The notes under the pieces were generated by a model that worked only from the letters and a program-made list of their open reading frames with translations, had not been told where the DNA came from and did not search any database. Position numbers and translations under genes: made by a program. Shown piece after piece: positions 1 to 12,500 of a stretch of DNA of 64,000 nucleotides; the stretch's first letter is position 1; the number at the start of each line of letters is the position of its first letter. This DNA is from Octopus sinensis (taxonomy: Eukaryota), in contig NC_042997.1 of assembly GCF_006345805.1 (NCBI RefSeq), forward strand, positions 79,112,001 through 79,176,000. The letters are read 5' to 3'.

Positions 1-68
1 TACATATATATATATATCATATATATATATCTATATATATATACTATATACATATATATATATATAAC

Positions 69-100
<32 letters not shown>

Positions 101-222
101 TAAGATATATATATATATATTATATATATAACATATATATATATATATAATATCTATATACATATCTATATATATATACATATATATATTATATATTATA
201 ATATAAATATAAGATAATAATA

Positions 223-266
<44 letters not shown>

Positions 267-284
267 TCTATCTATATGTACATA

Positions 285-315
<31 letters not shown>

Positions 316-563
316 TATCTATATATGATACATATAATATATATATATATATATAATATATATATATATATTATATATATATATATATAGCATATATATA
401 GATATAGATATATATTACATATATATATATATACATATATATATATAATATATAGATATATATCTAACCTATATATATATATATAATATATATATATAAT
501 ATATATATTATATATATACATAATATATAATATATATACTATATATCTATACTATATATATAT

Positions 564-608
<45 letters not shown>

Positions 609-911
609 CCTAATATATATATATACATATATATATATATACATATATAATATATAAATATATATAACTATACTATATATATCTACATACAATATATAAT
701 ATATATATATACATACCATTATATAATACAATATATATATATACATACATATATATATACATATATATATATATACATATATATAATATATCCATATATA
801 TATATAATACAATATATATATATATACATACATATATATATATACATATATATACAATATATACATATATAATACATATATATATATATATTACATATAT
901 TATATATATAC

Positions 912-942
<31 letters not shown>

Positions 943-1046
943 GATATACATATATATATTATATATTATCAACATATATAATATATATTAATACATATAT
1001 ATAATATATATATATATACCATATATATATATAGATATATATATAC

Positions 1047-1079
<33 letters not shown>

Positions 1080-1146
1080 GATATTATATACATATTATAT
1101 ATATATATATCATAATATATATATATATATATATATATAATATACA

Positions 1147-1185
<39 letters not shown>

Positions 1186-1192
1186 TATATAT

Positions 1193-1223
<31 letters not shown>

Positions 1224-1410
1224 CTATTTACATACATATCAATATATATATCTAACATATATATATATATATCATATATATCTATATACATATATATATA
1301 TATACATATATATATCTACATACATATAATATATTATATATATATATACATACATATATATACATATATATATATATACATACATATATATATACATATA
1401 TATATATATC

Positions 1411-1442
<32 letters not shown>

Positions 1443-1496
1443 CATACATATATATATATACATAATATATATATACATATATATACATATATATAC

Positions 1497-1527
<31 letters not shown>

Positions 1528-2031
1528 TATATATATATATATACATATATAATATATATACATATATATTATATATATACATATTATATATATATATATA
1601 TAACATATATATATATATATATATATACATATATTATATATATATATATATACATAATATATATATATATATAATATATTATACATAATATATATATATA
1701 ATACATATATATATATATATACATTATATATATATATACACATATATATATATACACACATATATATATATATACACACATATATATATATACACACATA
1801 TATTATATATACACATATATATATATATATAACACATATATATATATATACACATATATATATATACTATATACACATATATATATTACACATATATATA
1901 TATATATATATACCACTATATATATATATACATATATATATAATATACCATATATTATATATATACATATATATTATATATATATACATATATATACATA
2001 TATATATATATATATCAATATATATATATAC

Positions 2032-2100
<69 letters not shown>

Positions 2101-2181
2101 ATATATATATAATATATACATATATATCTATATATCATACAATTATATATATATACATATATATATATCATATATATATAC

Positions 2182-2233
<52 letters not shown>

Positions 2234-2239
2234 TATAAC

Positions 2240-2276
<37 letters not shown>

Positions 2277-2371
2277 ATATATCTAATACATATATAATAA
2301 TATACAATATATATTATACATATATATATATTATAATATAATATATATATCATATTATATATATTATATAC

Positions 2372-2426
<55 letters not shown>

Positions 2427-2438
2427 ATATATACATAC

Positions 2439-2491
<53 letters not shown>

Positions 2492-2552
2492 ACATACATA
2501 CATACATACATATAATATATATATATAGACATATATATATATATATATATCT

Positions 2553-2585
<33 letters not shown>

Positions 2586-2610
2586 TGTGTGTGTGTGTGT
2601 GTACGTGTAC
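1..2610. repeat. Degenerate (TA)n/(TACA)n microsatellite array
   Basis: Almost continuous TA dinucleotides with interspersed C; ends in (CATA)n then (GT)n at ~2560-2605. Confidence 0.97.
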
Positions 2611-2611
2611 T

Positions 2612-3020
2612 ATAAATTGTTTTGGCTTATATATATTTTTTCTGATATAGATAATCACAGTTCCATTATATATAAAGTCACTTCAGGGTCTTAGCTTTAG
2701 AAAAAAATGAAATTCTATGTGAAAGGATGGCTGGATTATCATGTACTTTCAACCTATATAAGCCATTTGTACATGGTTTTTGATGTTTACGTGTTACTAT
2801 ATGTAAATAATATGCTAGTATGGGGTTTACATGAGCTTTCCAGAGGCTTATAGTTATGTGTTGTTCATGATTAGATAGGTTGAAAGTACATGGCAATGCA
2901 GCCATCCTTTCACATGGAATTTCATCTTTTTCTAAAGCCAAAACCCTAAAGTGACTTTATATATAATGGAACTCTGATTATGTATATCTGAAAAAATATA
3001 TATAAGTCGAAACAATTTGT
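2612..3020. mobile_element. Fold-back / MITE-like element with 146-bp inverted arms
   Basis: 2612-2757 is the reverse complement of 2875-3020 (about 14 mismatches, no indels by hand alignment); 117-bp spacer; no coding capacity. Confidence 0.8.
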
Positions 3021-3183
3021 TGGCCTTTTATGGTTTTTATAATTATTTATGTTATATTATATAATATTATGTTATATTGTATTCATAGTATTTAGTGTAA
3101 TATTGTAATATACATAAATTATTGGATTGTCAATAGAATATCTCTATATATATTATTTGTTTTAGTCATATAACTGTGGCCGT

Positions 3184-3258
3184 ATGTGTGTGTATGTATA
3201 TATAAATGTATGTACATATTTTTATGTATATATCTATGTATATGTACATATATTCATG

Positions 3259-3291
<33 letters not shown>

Positions 3292-3301
3292 GTGTGTATG
3301 C

Positions 3302-3339
<38 letters not shown>

Positions 3340-3345
3340 GCACAT
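3184..3345. repeat. Mixed (TG)/(TA)/(CA) microsatellite
   Basis: Direct reading of the sequence. Confidence 0.9.
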
Positions 3346-3651
3346 TTGTATGTGTGTGAACTGGTGCTTCTGATATACATATATAGGTACTCATGACGTA
3401 AGTAATTGTCATGATTAATCAATATCTGTTTTAACATGTTGTCTTTAATATTTCCTACGAGCCCTGAATTGTTATTTAAATATCAAATTTTACACATCTC
3501 TATAGCTTTTGTTATTTTTTGCTATTTGCTTAAATTAGCAATACATTTTTCTCTATTTTTCTTCTGTAATTAAAATTTGTTTAACAAAATGTGACTATTT
3601 ATACTTATAATTGCATTTACAAATGTATATGAATTTTCATTGTTATACATT

Positions 3652-3867
3652 AGGAAGGCACCAAACTAGCAGAATTGTTAACATGCCAGCCAAAATGCTG
3701 GTAAGCATTTTGCTTGTCTTTATGTTCTGAGTTCAAATTTCACCAAGGTCAACTTTGCCTTTCATCCTTTTGGGGTCGATAACATAAGTACCAGTTGAGC
3801 ACTGGAGTCGATGTAATTGACTTACCTCCTACCCTAAAATTGCTGGCCTTGTGCCATAATTTGAAAC
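3652..3867 (+). mobile_element. tRNA-derived SINE, family A (central CTTTCATCC...GGGGTCGATAA..TAAGTACCAG domain)
   Basis: B-box-like TTCTGAGTTCAAATT followed by GCCTTTCATCCTTTTGGGGTCGATAACATAAGTACCAG; many diverged copies in the window. Confidence 0.75.
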
Positions 3868-6189
3868 TATTATTATGCATTACATTTGAAAAAATACATT
3901 TTTAAAATATTGTTTGTTTTTTTAGTAAAAGAAATACATTAAACATAAATTCATTGCTTCTAATAATGCCTACATTTCTGTTGAATTGTATTCTGAGATG
4001 ATTGTAAAACAATTTCTTTAAAATGATTGCAATAATATATAGGAACAGTTACAATATTAAATTCAGTATTCATAAATTCAAATTAATATTTGAAAATTAA
4101 ATTTCTACTGAAAAATCTGAAAGTTTTGGCTTATTAAATTGTTAGAAGAAAACATTTTGTTTTTCTACAACAGTAAATTTCGTTAACAAATATCTTCTAT
4201 AAAATGTTCCCTGACTTTTACACAAATCTGGTGTGTGTGTTTTTTTTTTGTTTTTTTTTTACCATTTGATATAAAAGTAAAAAGCAATTGCATCTTCCGT
4301 TAAATTTTCATATAAATTACTTTAACATTAAAATGAATTGACATGTTTTATATTGATATTTATGTATTTCTGTTTGTTTGATTTCAAGTTAATCACTTTA
4401 GATATCTTTTATAAATAGGTGTTTAGCTTTTATAAAAGGGCATTTCCTTTCTGCTCTGCTTGAAAAGAAATTGACAAAGTAAAACTATTGAAATGTTTGG
4501 AATTATTCATATATTCAATCTATCAAATGTGTTTTGTGTTAGCCTGTTTTAAACTGCATGTTTCATCATGTTGTTTGTATTAAGAGCAATGTGGCTTCTG
4601 TGCATTTTGTTTTATAAGTTCTGTAATTTTGGTGGTAACTATACTGAGACAAGCAAGTTGAATTTGATGAATGCAAGAAGCTGCAATGCCTTAGAGTATG
4701 TTTCAAGATGATTTGCATCCAAGTTTTTTTTTTTATATTTCCATCCTCAGTAAAGGATAATCTACTTTAGTATTAGGTTATCCTTTACTGAGCTGACTTA
4801 AGGATCAAAAGTGACCATCCCATCCTTTTTATATATATTATTCAATGTATCCTTTTTAAGATGGTAACGTATGATTTGTGGGAGATTTACCTGCAATTTT
4901 TAGCAAGTGAAGCAACACTGCTAATAGGTTCCCGTTGCATCCCAGTTAAATTTAAGGCTGGCAATTTTGCACCTGTTGTGGTTTGTGGGTGAGGGTCAGA
5001 AGTGAGAAGGCTTTCAGACATGTGTTGCCCTAAACCAATGGTGGAACTATTACTGCTTATGAACTGGACCTTATTGTAAGAAAAGTGAGCAACAAAGATG
5101 TGGGAAGAATAAATTCCAGCAATAAATTAAGTATTGCATGACTACATGAATTTTTTATTTCTACATTGCTTAGTTATCATTGTGTAAATGGTTTATCTGA
5201 TAGCTCTCACCATGTTAGAGTTTGAGAACTTAAATATGAAATATCTTTATTGATGTGTTGTTTATTGGATGCATATAAAGTGTTATAATCCAACTTATTT
5301 CTGTGTAAAATGTCAATGGCATTGTCATAGTGAACATAATAGTGAAAATGTTTTCTTTGTGTCTGTGTGTGTGATGAATGTCACTGTTGAATATAATATT
5401 TGGTTCCAAATATAACCAAATAGTTACATTTTTAAGAAATGGTATAACATCAAACTAAATGCTTTACAGTATAAAATTGTTTACTTACCATCCATTGAAT
5501 GTACTTTATATTTCTCCTATAAAGTTATGGCTTTATACTAAAGTATGAAATCAGAAACAATAGTAACTTTATCTCTGCTTAATGACGTATGGCTAAAAGT
5601 TTGAAAATATTTTTATTTTATATTTTTTTATTTTCTTAAAATGATTTTAGTATACCAAGCATTTAACTGCAATAAATTTAAAACAACTGTTTATCATATT
5701 CTTGAATATTTAAGGATTTAAAATGTTTATATTCTATATTGATATTGTATGTGCATATAATGGTTACAACATAAAAGCAACAATCTTTATTTTATCTTAT
5801 TTGTATTTATCTAATAACATTTTCAGATTATTATAATCAAAAACAGCTTTACAATTTCATCAATTCCTTTTGAGTGTGAAGAAAATATATTACTTGAATA
5901 TTTTGCTTTCAATGTGGTCTTTATAATTATATATTTTTCTTGAATTTTATGTATATATCAAATAAAGTGTCCAGATATAATGAACCAAAATTTATCACTC
6001 TTATTAGGTTCACACTCTATTGATCTCTTATGAGAAATCAATAGAGTGATCAACAAATTATTACATCCTTTTATATTCTGAGTTCAAATCTAGTTTCTGG
6101 AGGTGATAAAATGAATAGCTGTTAATCTGATCAACTATACCCTTCCCCATAATGTATGGTCTTGTCTTTACGTTAGACATTAACATCAT

Positions 6190-6860
6190 CTTGCCTATGT
6201 TTTCCAGAATCTTCATTACACAGTTGTTGATTTTTTTTTTTTCTTTTAAACCCCTATTCAGGATCATTGTCTTTTCAACTGGTCATTCTCAGCTTGTTCT
6301 TATGGCAACCAGTGAGCACCTCCCTTTTACCGTATATCCTCATTTTTGGATTTTGGGGATTATCAGATGGATTCTATGCTTCTCAGTTGTGTTGTAAGTA
6401 AACCTCTTGAGATTTGTTTGTCCATTTCATTGTTTATTTTTTTCATATTTCATGAAGTGTGCTAAACTATTGTAATGCTTTAAGTACTAAAGAACATTTA
6501 TTGGCTCCTTATCACTTGATGGTGTCTATCAGCATTAATGCCTGCAATTTCAGTTGTTTGCAGAGGGCCTTGGTCCGCATTGTTCACAACCAGTGTAGTC
6601 TTGATTTTCAATGAATATTATTCAAATTTTGTTGAATGATTTCTTTGGTGCTATTTTGAACATGGCTCTGCTGTTGCTATTGAGCTATTGACTTTCAATC
6701 ATAATTTTGTTGACATAAGAAACTTCATTTAAGTTTGGATTTTTGTTTTCCAAACCATATTTTGCCCACTCTATTTCCCTTATTTGGTGTTAAGCTTCCT
6801 TTTCAAAGACTGCAAGTTTGTAGAGATATTATTTCTATACTGTCATATACAGCCATATAT
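6190..6860 (-). mobile_element. Highly degenerate R4/Dong-like non-LTR retrotransposon remnant (N-terminal region)
   Basis: Minus-strand peptides such as INNCVMKILENIGK and QLKLQAL...NKMF loosely resemble the pre-RT region of R4/Dong elements; many stops. Confidence 0.35.
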
Positions 6861-7043
6861 ATTCAAATTTCCATATATATGCTGAGTTATTGTATCTCAA
6901 ATTTTATGAACCTCCCCTTAAATTAGCTTGTGGATTTATTGTCCCTTCAGGTAACATTTAATAAAAAAAACTTTTAAGTATTTGTTCTTATTTTTTATCT
7001 TGTCTGTTGTCTATAAAATATAAAACTTTCTTTTTTATTCTAG

Positions 7044-7288
7044 CTCTTACTGGTATGGTGTTCTCTGAAAAATCCGAAGAGGCATTTTCAGCATTCCGTA
7101 TGATGCAAGGTGTAGGGTTGACTTTAGCTTATGCTTATGCATCAAGCTTATCTCTTGACATTAAGTTATATATCCTAAGTGGTACTGGCATAATTGCCTG
7201 GATTATGTATATGTTGATGGAACACTACTTGCGAAAGAATGAACATGTTAAATCTATTGGAAAAAATAACAATATGCTCAATGCTTAA
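7044..7288 (+). CDS. UNC93A: Terminal coding exon of a UNC93A-like (UNC-93 family, MFS) membrane protein
   Basis: Pyrimidine tract plus AG acceptor (ctttcttttttattctag, AG at 7042-7043), phase 1. The peptide (A)LTGMVFSEKSEEAFSAFRMMQGVGLTLAYAYASSLSLDIKLYIL aligns by eye with the UNC93A C-terminus ALYGVLFEKSKEAAFANYRLWEALGFVIAFGYSMFLCVHVKLYIL. Stop TAA at 7286-7288. Upstream exons were not found in the window, and orthology versus paralogy is unresolved. Confidence 0.85.
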
Positions 7289-7344
7289 AATATTGATTTA
7301 CCAGTGTTTTAGTATTGTGTAGCTTGTCAATACTATATATATAC

Positions 7345-7397
<53 letters not shown>

Positions 7398-7880
7398 TCG
7401 TTCATTCATTTTAACATCTATTTTCCATCAAATTGGACAGATTTATTTGAGGCAGGATTTTACGGCCAGATGTTCTTCCTGTTAAGTTTACCTGTTTTTC
7501 AGGTAAGCAAGATCTTTATTCCACGTCTTTAAAACTGCAGAATAACTGGTCTAGCAGTGACGAGCATCGAATATATAAACACTGATGTATATTCACATGC
7601 ACATGTGCACATACACACACACACACATGCGCGCGCATGCATATGCCAGGGCCCACCCCTGTAATTTCTATCTGCCAGCTTGCCTGACATGGCAATTTGA
7701 TAGATGGAATACACACACATATAATGTCCTTTATCAAAAAGATTAACTATTAAATTTGCTATAATCATATTGATTATACTGCACTATATGATATATATTT
7801 ATGTGTTTGTCAGACAGTTTGATAAACTGTCAAACAAATACAGTTATCACTTACGTCTATTCATGAAACATTTTTCTTTG

Positions 7881-7886
7881 AATAAA
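7881..7886 (+). promoter_or_regulatory. Candidate polyadenylation signal of the UNC93A-like gene
   Basis: AATAAA ~600 nt after the stop, followed by T-rich sequence; the motif is common in AT-rich DNA. Confidence 0.25.
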
Positions 7887-8200
7887 ATAATTTTTTATAC
7901 TCTCTATTTGTGAAACTTGTTTTTATTTACTCTTGAATTTTGAAATTTGTTTCATGATCTACAGTAGCTCCTTTAATACAATGAGTAATTATTTGGTTGT
8001 TTGAGGTATTTGATACATATATAATATATATATATATATCGCTCGTAATGTTTCAGCTGGATAAATATCTTCAGTTTTCACTTATGACATCTATCTGTAG
8101 TTAAATGAAAGCATGAAAGTAATTAATACTTCTTTTTTGCAAGATATGTCATATGGGGATCCAAAAGCTCTATCTTTGACAGTACAACAGTGTTAATTAG

Positions 8201-8404
8201 CCCTTTTATTACCATATTTCTGTTGATATACACTGCCCTTTGTTTCTATAAATTTTAAAAGATTATGAAGAGTTTAGGAAAATAAGTTTCTCGTTATTAA
8301 GCTGATAATTTGAAACTAATTAACATAAAATTTTGATGACTCTAAACCAGGAAGTTTGTATCAAAGAACCATGGGTGTTCTCAGACAGTTTGGTATCAAA
8401 AGGA
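8201..8404. mobile_element. piggyBac-type MITE
   Basis: Ends CCCTTTTATTACCA ... TGGTATCAAAAGGA form imperfect TIRs; flanking TTAA is degenerate (TTAG at left). Confidence 0.55.
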
Positions 8405-8626
8405 CTCAGCTAAATATTTTAATCATTACCTTTTAATTCTGGTTGTTATTGTGGATTAGTTTTAGTCAGTTCCCTTTATGCATTTCATATGACAGAAAGC
8501 TGTAAAGTCTTGATATATGTCTGAGAAAAGTTGTGATGATCATGGCTAAACAACAACAGGATAACTAATAAAACTCTTGGAAGTAACCTGCAATTTCAGT
8601 ACCTAGATATGCAAATACTTGTCATC

Positions 8627-8790
8627 TGGACAGCTGGCAGAATCGTTAGCACACCAGGCAAAATGTTTTGCAGCATTTCATCCATCTTTACATTCTGAGT
8701 TCAAATTCCACTGTGGTTGACTTAGCTCTTCATCCTTTTGGGGGTTGATAAAATAAGTGCTGTTGAAGGTAGTAGGTCTTGATATTAGAA
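8627..8790 (+). mobile_element. SINE family A copy
   Basis: GCAGAATCGTTAGCAC...TTCTGAGTTCAAATTCC...CTTCATCCTTTTGGGGGTTGATAAAATAAGT. Confidence 0.7.
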
Positions 8791-8869
8791 AATACACTCT
8801 AAATCCAAGGGTTGGAACAAGGAGATAATGTCTGATCGTAGGTAAACTAGTCTGAAAGGTGTTGAGATT

Positions 8870-11700
8870 CTAGGGGTGGTAGTAGGTCCAGATTTAAACC
8901 TTGGGAGGACGGAGGTTACCTTGAGTTTGATTGGCATCTTGTACATAAAAATTAAAATCCATAACAAATCACCAATTTTATATTTCAAAGCCTATTGCTT
9001 GCAACTGAAATTGACAAGTTTGAACATATCTGTCAATGCAAAAATTTTCAATGAAACTAAATACGCCAAGTTTTACCACATCACAGTTATATGGTACTAC
9101 AATACTTACAAAAAGTCTTTCTTTTTACACTTGGCATCTGAAAAATCTTTAATGAATTCCTCAAATTGTGTTGGCTTTAGACTACTGCTTTCTACATCCA
9201 AAAGGCATAGAGCACTTAGTCTTTCATAGGTCATTATGGTTATAAGGTGATTCTTTATCAGTTCCAATCTACTGAATAACTTCTCTCCTGAACAACAAGT
9301 GACCATCAAGCTTTAAAATATTCTAAGAGCTACATAAGCTCTTGGAAAGGTATCAGTAAACTCATCATGAATTAAAAGTACCAGTTGAGATAAAGTGAGA
9401 AATGACCTGAGCTGACAAAAGACTGCTAACTTAGCAATTTCTTCTATGAACACCTTACTAAAATCTCAGGGGAAAGTGGAAATGAGTTTCGCAGCTTCAG
9501 TTCTTATCTCTGCTCAGGTAAACTACATAAGTTGACTTGAAGTTGTCATGCACTAATTGATAGGCTACCCTGCATTTTTGTAAGGCAGCAATCAATGGAC
9601 CTAAAATGATATTGAAAGTCCTACATCTGAATTTTTCTCTTGCAAAAAGAACAACTTTCTCTGATGCTGATGCTGGATATATTTCATATTTGTTTCTCTT
9701 CTTTTGTTGTTTGTGTTTCCACACCTGTTCCTGGCATCCAATTCCAATTCTCCATAATTTCTTGCCTCTTGAAATGAGTAGGGAATAGGAAGTGATTTCA
9801 GAAAGTTTACCAAAGAATCAAATTAGATCCACAACTTTATTCAGACCAACTTCTATTCCTTAAATGCTTTAATTGTACTGCCAAAGTAGGAATTCAATTC
9901 CAGATCTTGACCATCAGAGCAGATTCAAGAGAGTCTGCCAGTGCCTGACCAACAAGTATCTGACAAAGATTTCAAAGTCATTCCTCTTTTATTTTCTTCC
10001 AAAGATTTGCTCATCTGTGTCAGTTCAGAAAAAAAGGTGTATTACCTTTATGAAACTAAAATAGTTAACAGCATCAACACTATGAAACAGTCCAACAAGT
10101 TTCTGTGAATGAGTAACAGGGGAAATGAAAACTGCAACCATATTCTTTTCCTTAGGTCTGGCTTGCATTTATGTGTAGTGATCAGCCTACCTCCTGCATT
10201 CTCCAAAATTTATATCCTCCTTTTTAAGAAATTCTAACAATGATGTATCCAGTACATTATCTTTGTAAGAATCAAAGTTAAACACCTATCAGCTCCACAG
10301 AAACAACCTTTAGCTGGTCAACATGAACCCAGCCTGAATTTGAATCTACAAAAACTGAGAAATACTTGACAATTTTAAGTTCTGCTACAATATAATTCTT
10401 GACATTTTGCTATCAACAGAATAAGTTCTTCATAAATGGTAGGTGGTAAGTATGACTGCTTACCACTAACATGATTGCCTAATAACTTTCAAATGAGCCA
10501 TCAAAAATAGATCAAATTGCACAATAAGTTCCATAATTCCTTCAAAATTTCCATTGTGCTTAGATTCTATGATCTCTTCACTACTTTCTTAGATACTAGA
10601 TCTCTTAAATACTGCCACAGCCACAACAAGGTGCAAAACTTCAGTCAAGTATTTATTGTTTTCCTATACCTGATTTTCCAGCTTCCTATTAACATGAGAA
10701 CATTCTCTACATAAAACATTGAACTCCAACACAAACTATGTGGACTTGGTTTTGTTTGTGTGTTTTCATTTTCTCTTCTACATTTTTCCAACTATTAAAT
10801 CCATCCTTGTTGGAAAACCTATTACATTGGCTTAATATCAAAGGACAGCATAAACAATAAACTGCACCCTTTGATGGGCTGAACAGTAGCCACTTTTTCA
10901 AATGCTGCTTACCATTTTCATGAATAGCATAAAATATTGAATTTTTAAATTAACAATAGTGTCCATCCTGATTTACCTTCACCTGAGTGATAATGACATT
11001 GAGATTCTGGTAGGAGTTTGGAGGTTTTGACATCTAGCTGATTTTGAATAAAAGTACAAGGATACATATGTTTTTTTTGTGGTGGGGAGTGGGTGCAGAA
11101 AACCACACTGTTGGGTCTAGATTCCATGATGGTATTCCACTGTCCACATGGACACTTGGCATCTGAAAAATCTTTAATGAATTCCTCAAATTGTGTTGGC
11201 TTTAGACTACTGCTTTCTACATCCAAAAGGCATAAAGCACTTAGTCTTTCATAGGTCATTATGGATTCTTTATCAGTTCCAATCTACTGAATAACTTCTC
11301 TCCTGAACAACAAGTGACCATCAAGCTTTAAAATATTCTAAGAGCTACATAAGCTCTTGGAAAGGTATCAGTAAACTCATCATGAATTAAAAGTACCGGT
11401 TGGATGTGATGATTTTATCATCAATATTTTGAATTGATATGCTATTCCTACTTTTTACAAATGTTCTTAGGAGTGTGATTGGTTTATTGAAAGGGACATT
11501 TGGTACTGATTCTAATTCATTAGCTTCTAAATTTTATGTTTTTGAAGCAAAGAAAAGGTCTGTAAGGCATTGTATTTTTACCAATTACAGCAGCAGTTTT
11601 TTTACTTGTTTCTTTGGAAGTTTTTCGCTACTGAGCTCCAGACAAGCTGAATTTTCTGTGGCATACTGGGTATTTTGTGTAAGAATATAATCTGAATCGA
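8870..11700 (-). mobile_element. Degenerate hAT (ZMYM1/Tip100-like) DNA transposon
   Basis: TTF-type zinc-finger peptide KWLLFSPSKGAVYCLCC...GFNSWKN (10707-10901) and hAT dimerisation motif EKLFSRLELIKNHLITIMTYERLSALCLLDVE (9106-9309); many stops and frameshifts; ends approximate. Confidence 0.8.
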
Positions 11701-11769
11701 AGCCATAAGGAAACAATCTCAAAAATAAAAAGAACAGGAACTGATAATAATGATGTAAACTGATTTCAT

Positions 11770-12500
11770 TCAATCTTGCCACAGGCATACTAAATCAAGT
11801 AGTTTATGCATACCTTTATTAATCCTACATCTGTTCACAAACAGGCATCATACAATCTGCCTTTCACTCTGAGGGAGAAGACCTGTGTCACCAACAAAGA
11901 TAGAAACTCTCTGAATGTTGCCCAGTCCATTCTTATTCTAGATGCTATGCTCTCAGAGCATCCTCCTCTACTGCTAACTTGGTTACCTAGGTGATGGAAG
12001 CTATCTACTACTTCTAAGTACTCCTCTGAGTATTTGACAAAGTCTGTGTTTATTGTACCTGCACATCTTCCACATATAAAGACTACTTTTTCTGTTAACC
12101 TTTCTCTAATACCGCTACATTTCTTATGTGTCCATGGCTTGCACTGGGTATGCTTTATGGAGTTTCTACCTACAGCTTTTCTACATATCAAGTAGGGCCA
12201 TCTCCTGGAAGGGATTTGTGATTTATCTGTTTTCCAACTTTCTAAGACTTTTGGTCTTTGCTAAATTAACTCTAAGGCCCTTTAATTCTTAACTTTACTC
12301 CCCCACCTGAAGTTTCTTCTCTAGTTCTGGTAATGATTCAGCTTTAAGAACAAAGTCATCAGCATAGAGGAGCTCTCAAGGGCAGCCTGTCTTAAATTCT
12401 TCAGTTATGGCCTGGAGGGCTATGACAAACAAAGGGGGCTGAGAACTGATCCTTGATGAACTCTTACCTGTATACTGAATTCATTGCATGGCTACTAACT
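11770..12500 (-). mobile_element. RTE-clade LINE fragment (RT C-terminus)
   Basis: Peptides YLEVVDSFHHLGNQVSSRGGCSESIASRIRM and LRVKGRLYDAC; homologous to other RTE copies in the window. Confidence 0.85.

Noticed and set aside
315-2578. Many Tyr/Ile-rich ORFs (also 3184-3396, 52832-55335, 60874-61293, 62100-62852)
   Set aside because: They are translations of (TA)n/(TATG)n microsatellites, which lack stop codons; not genes.
6860-6956. CAG|GTAACA donor-like site 93 nt upstream of the UNC93A-like exon
   Set aside because: The in-frame upstream peptide (AELLYLKFYEPPLKLACGFIVPS) does not resemble the expected LWG..DAVWQTQ segment of UNC93A.
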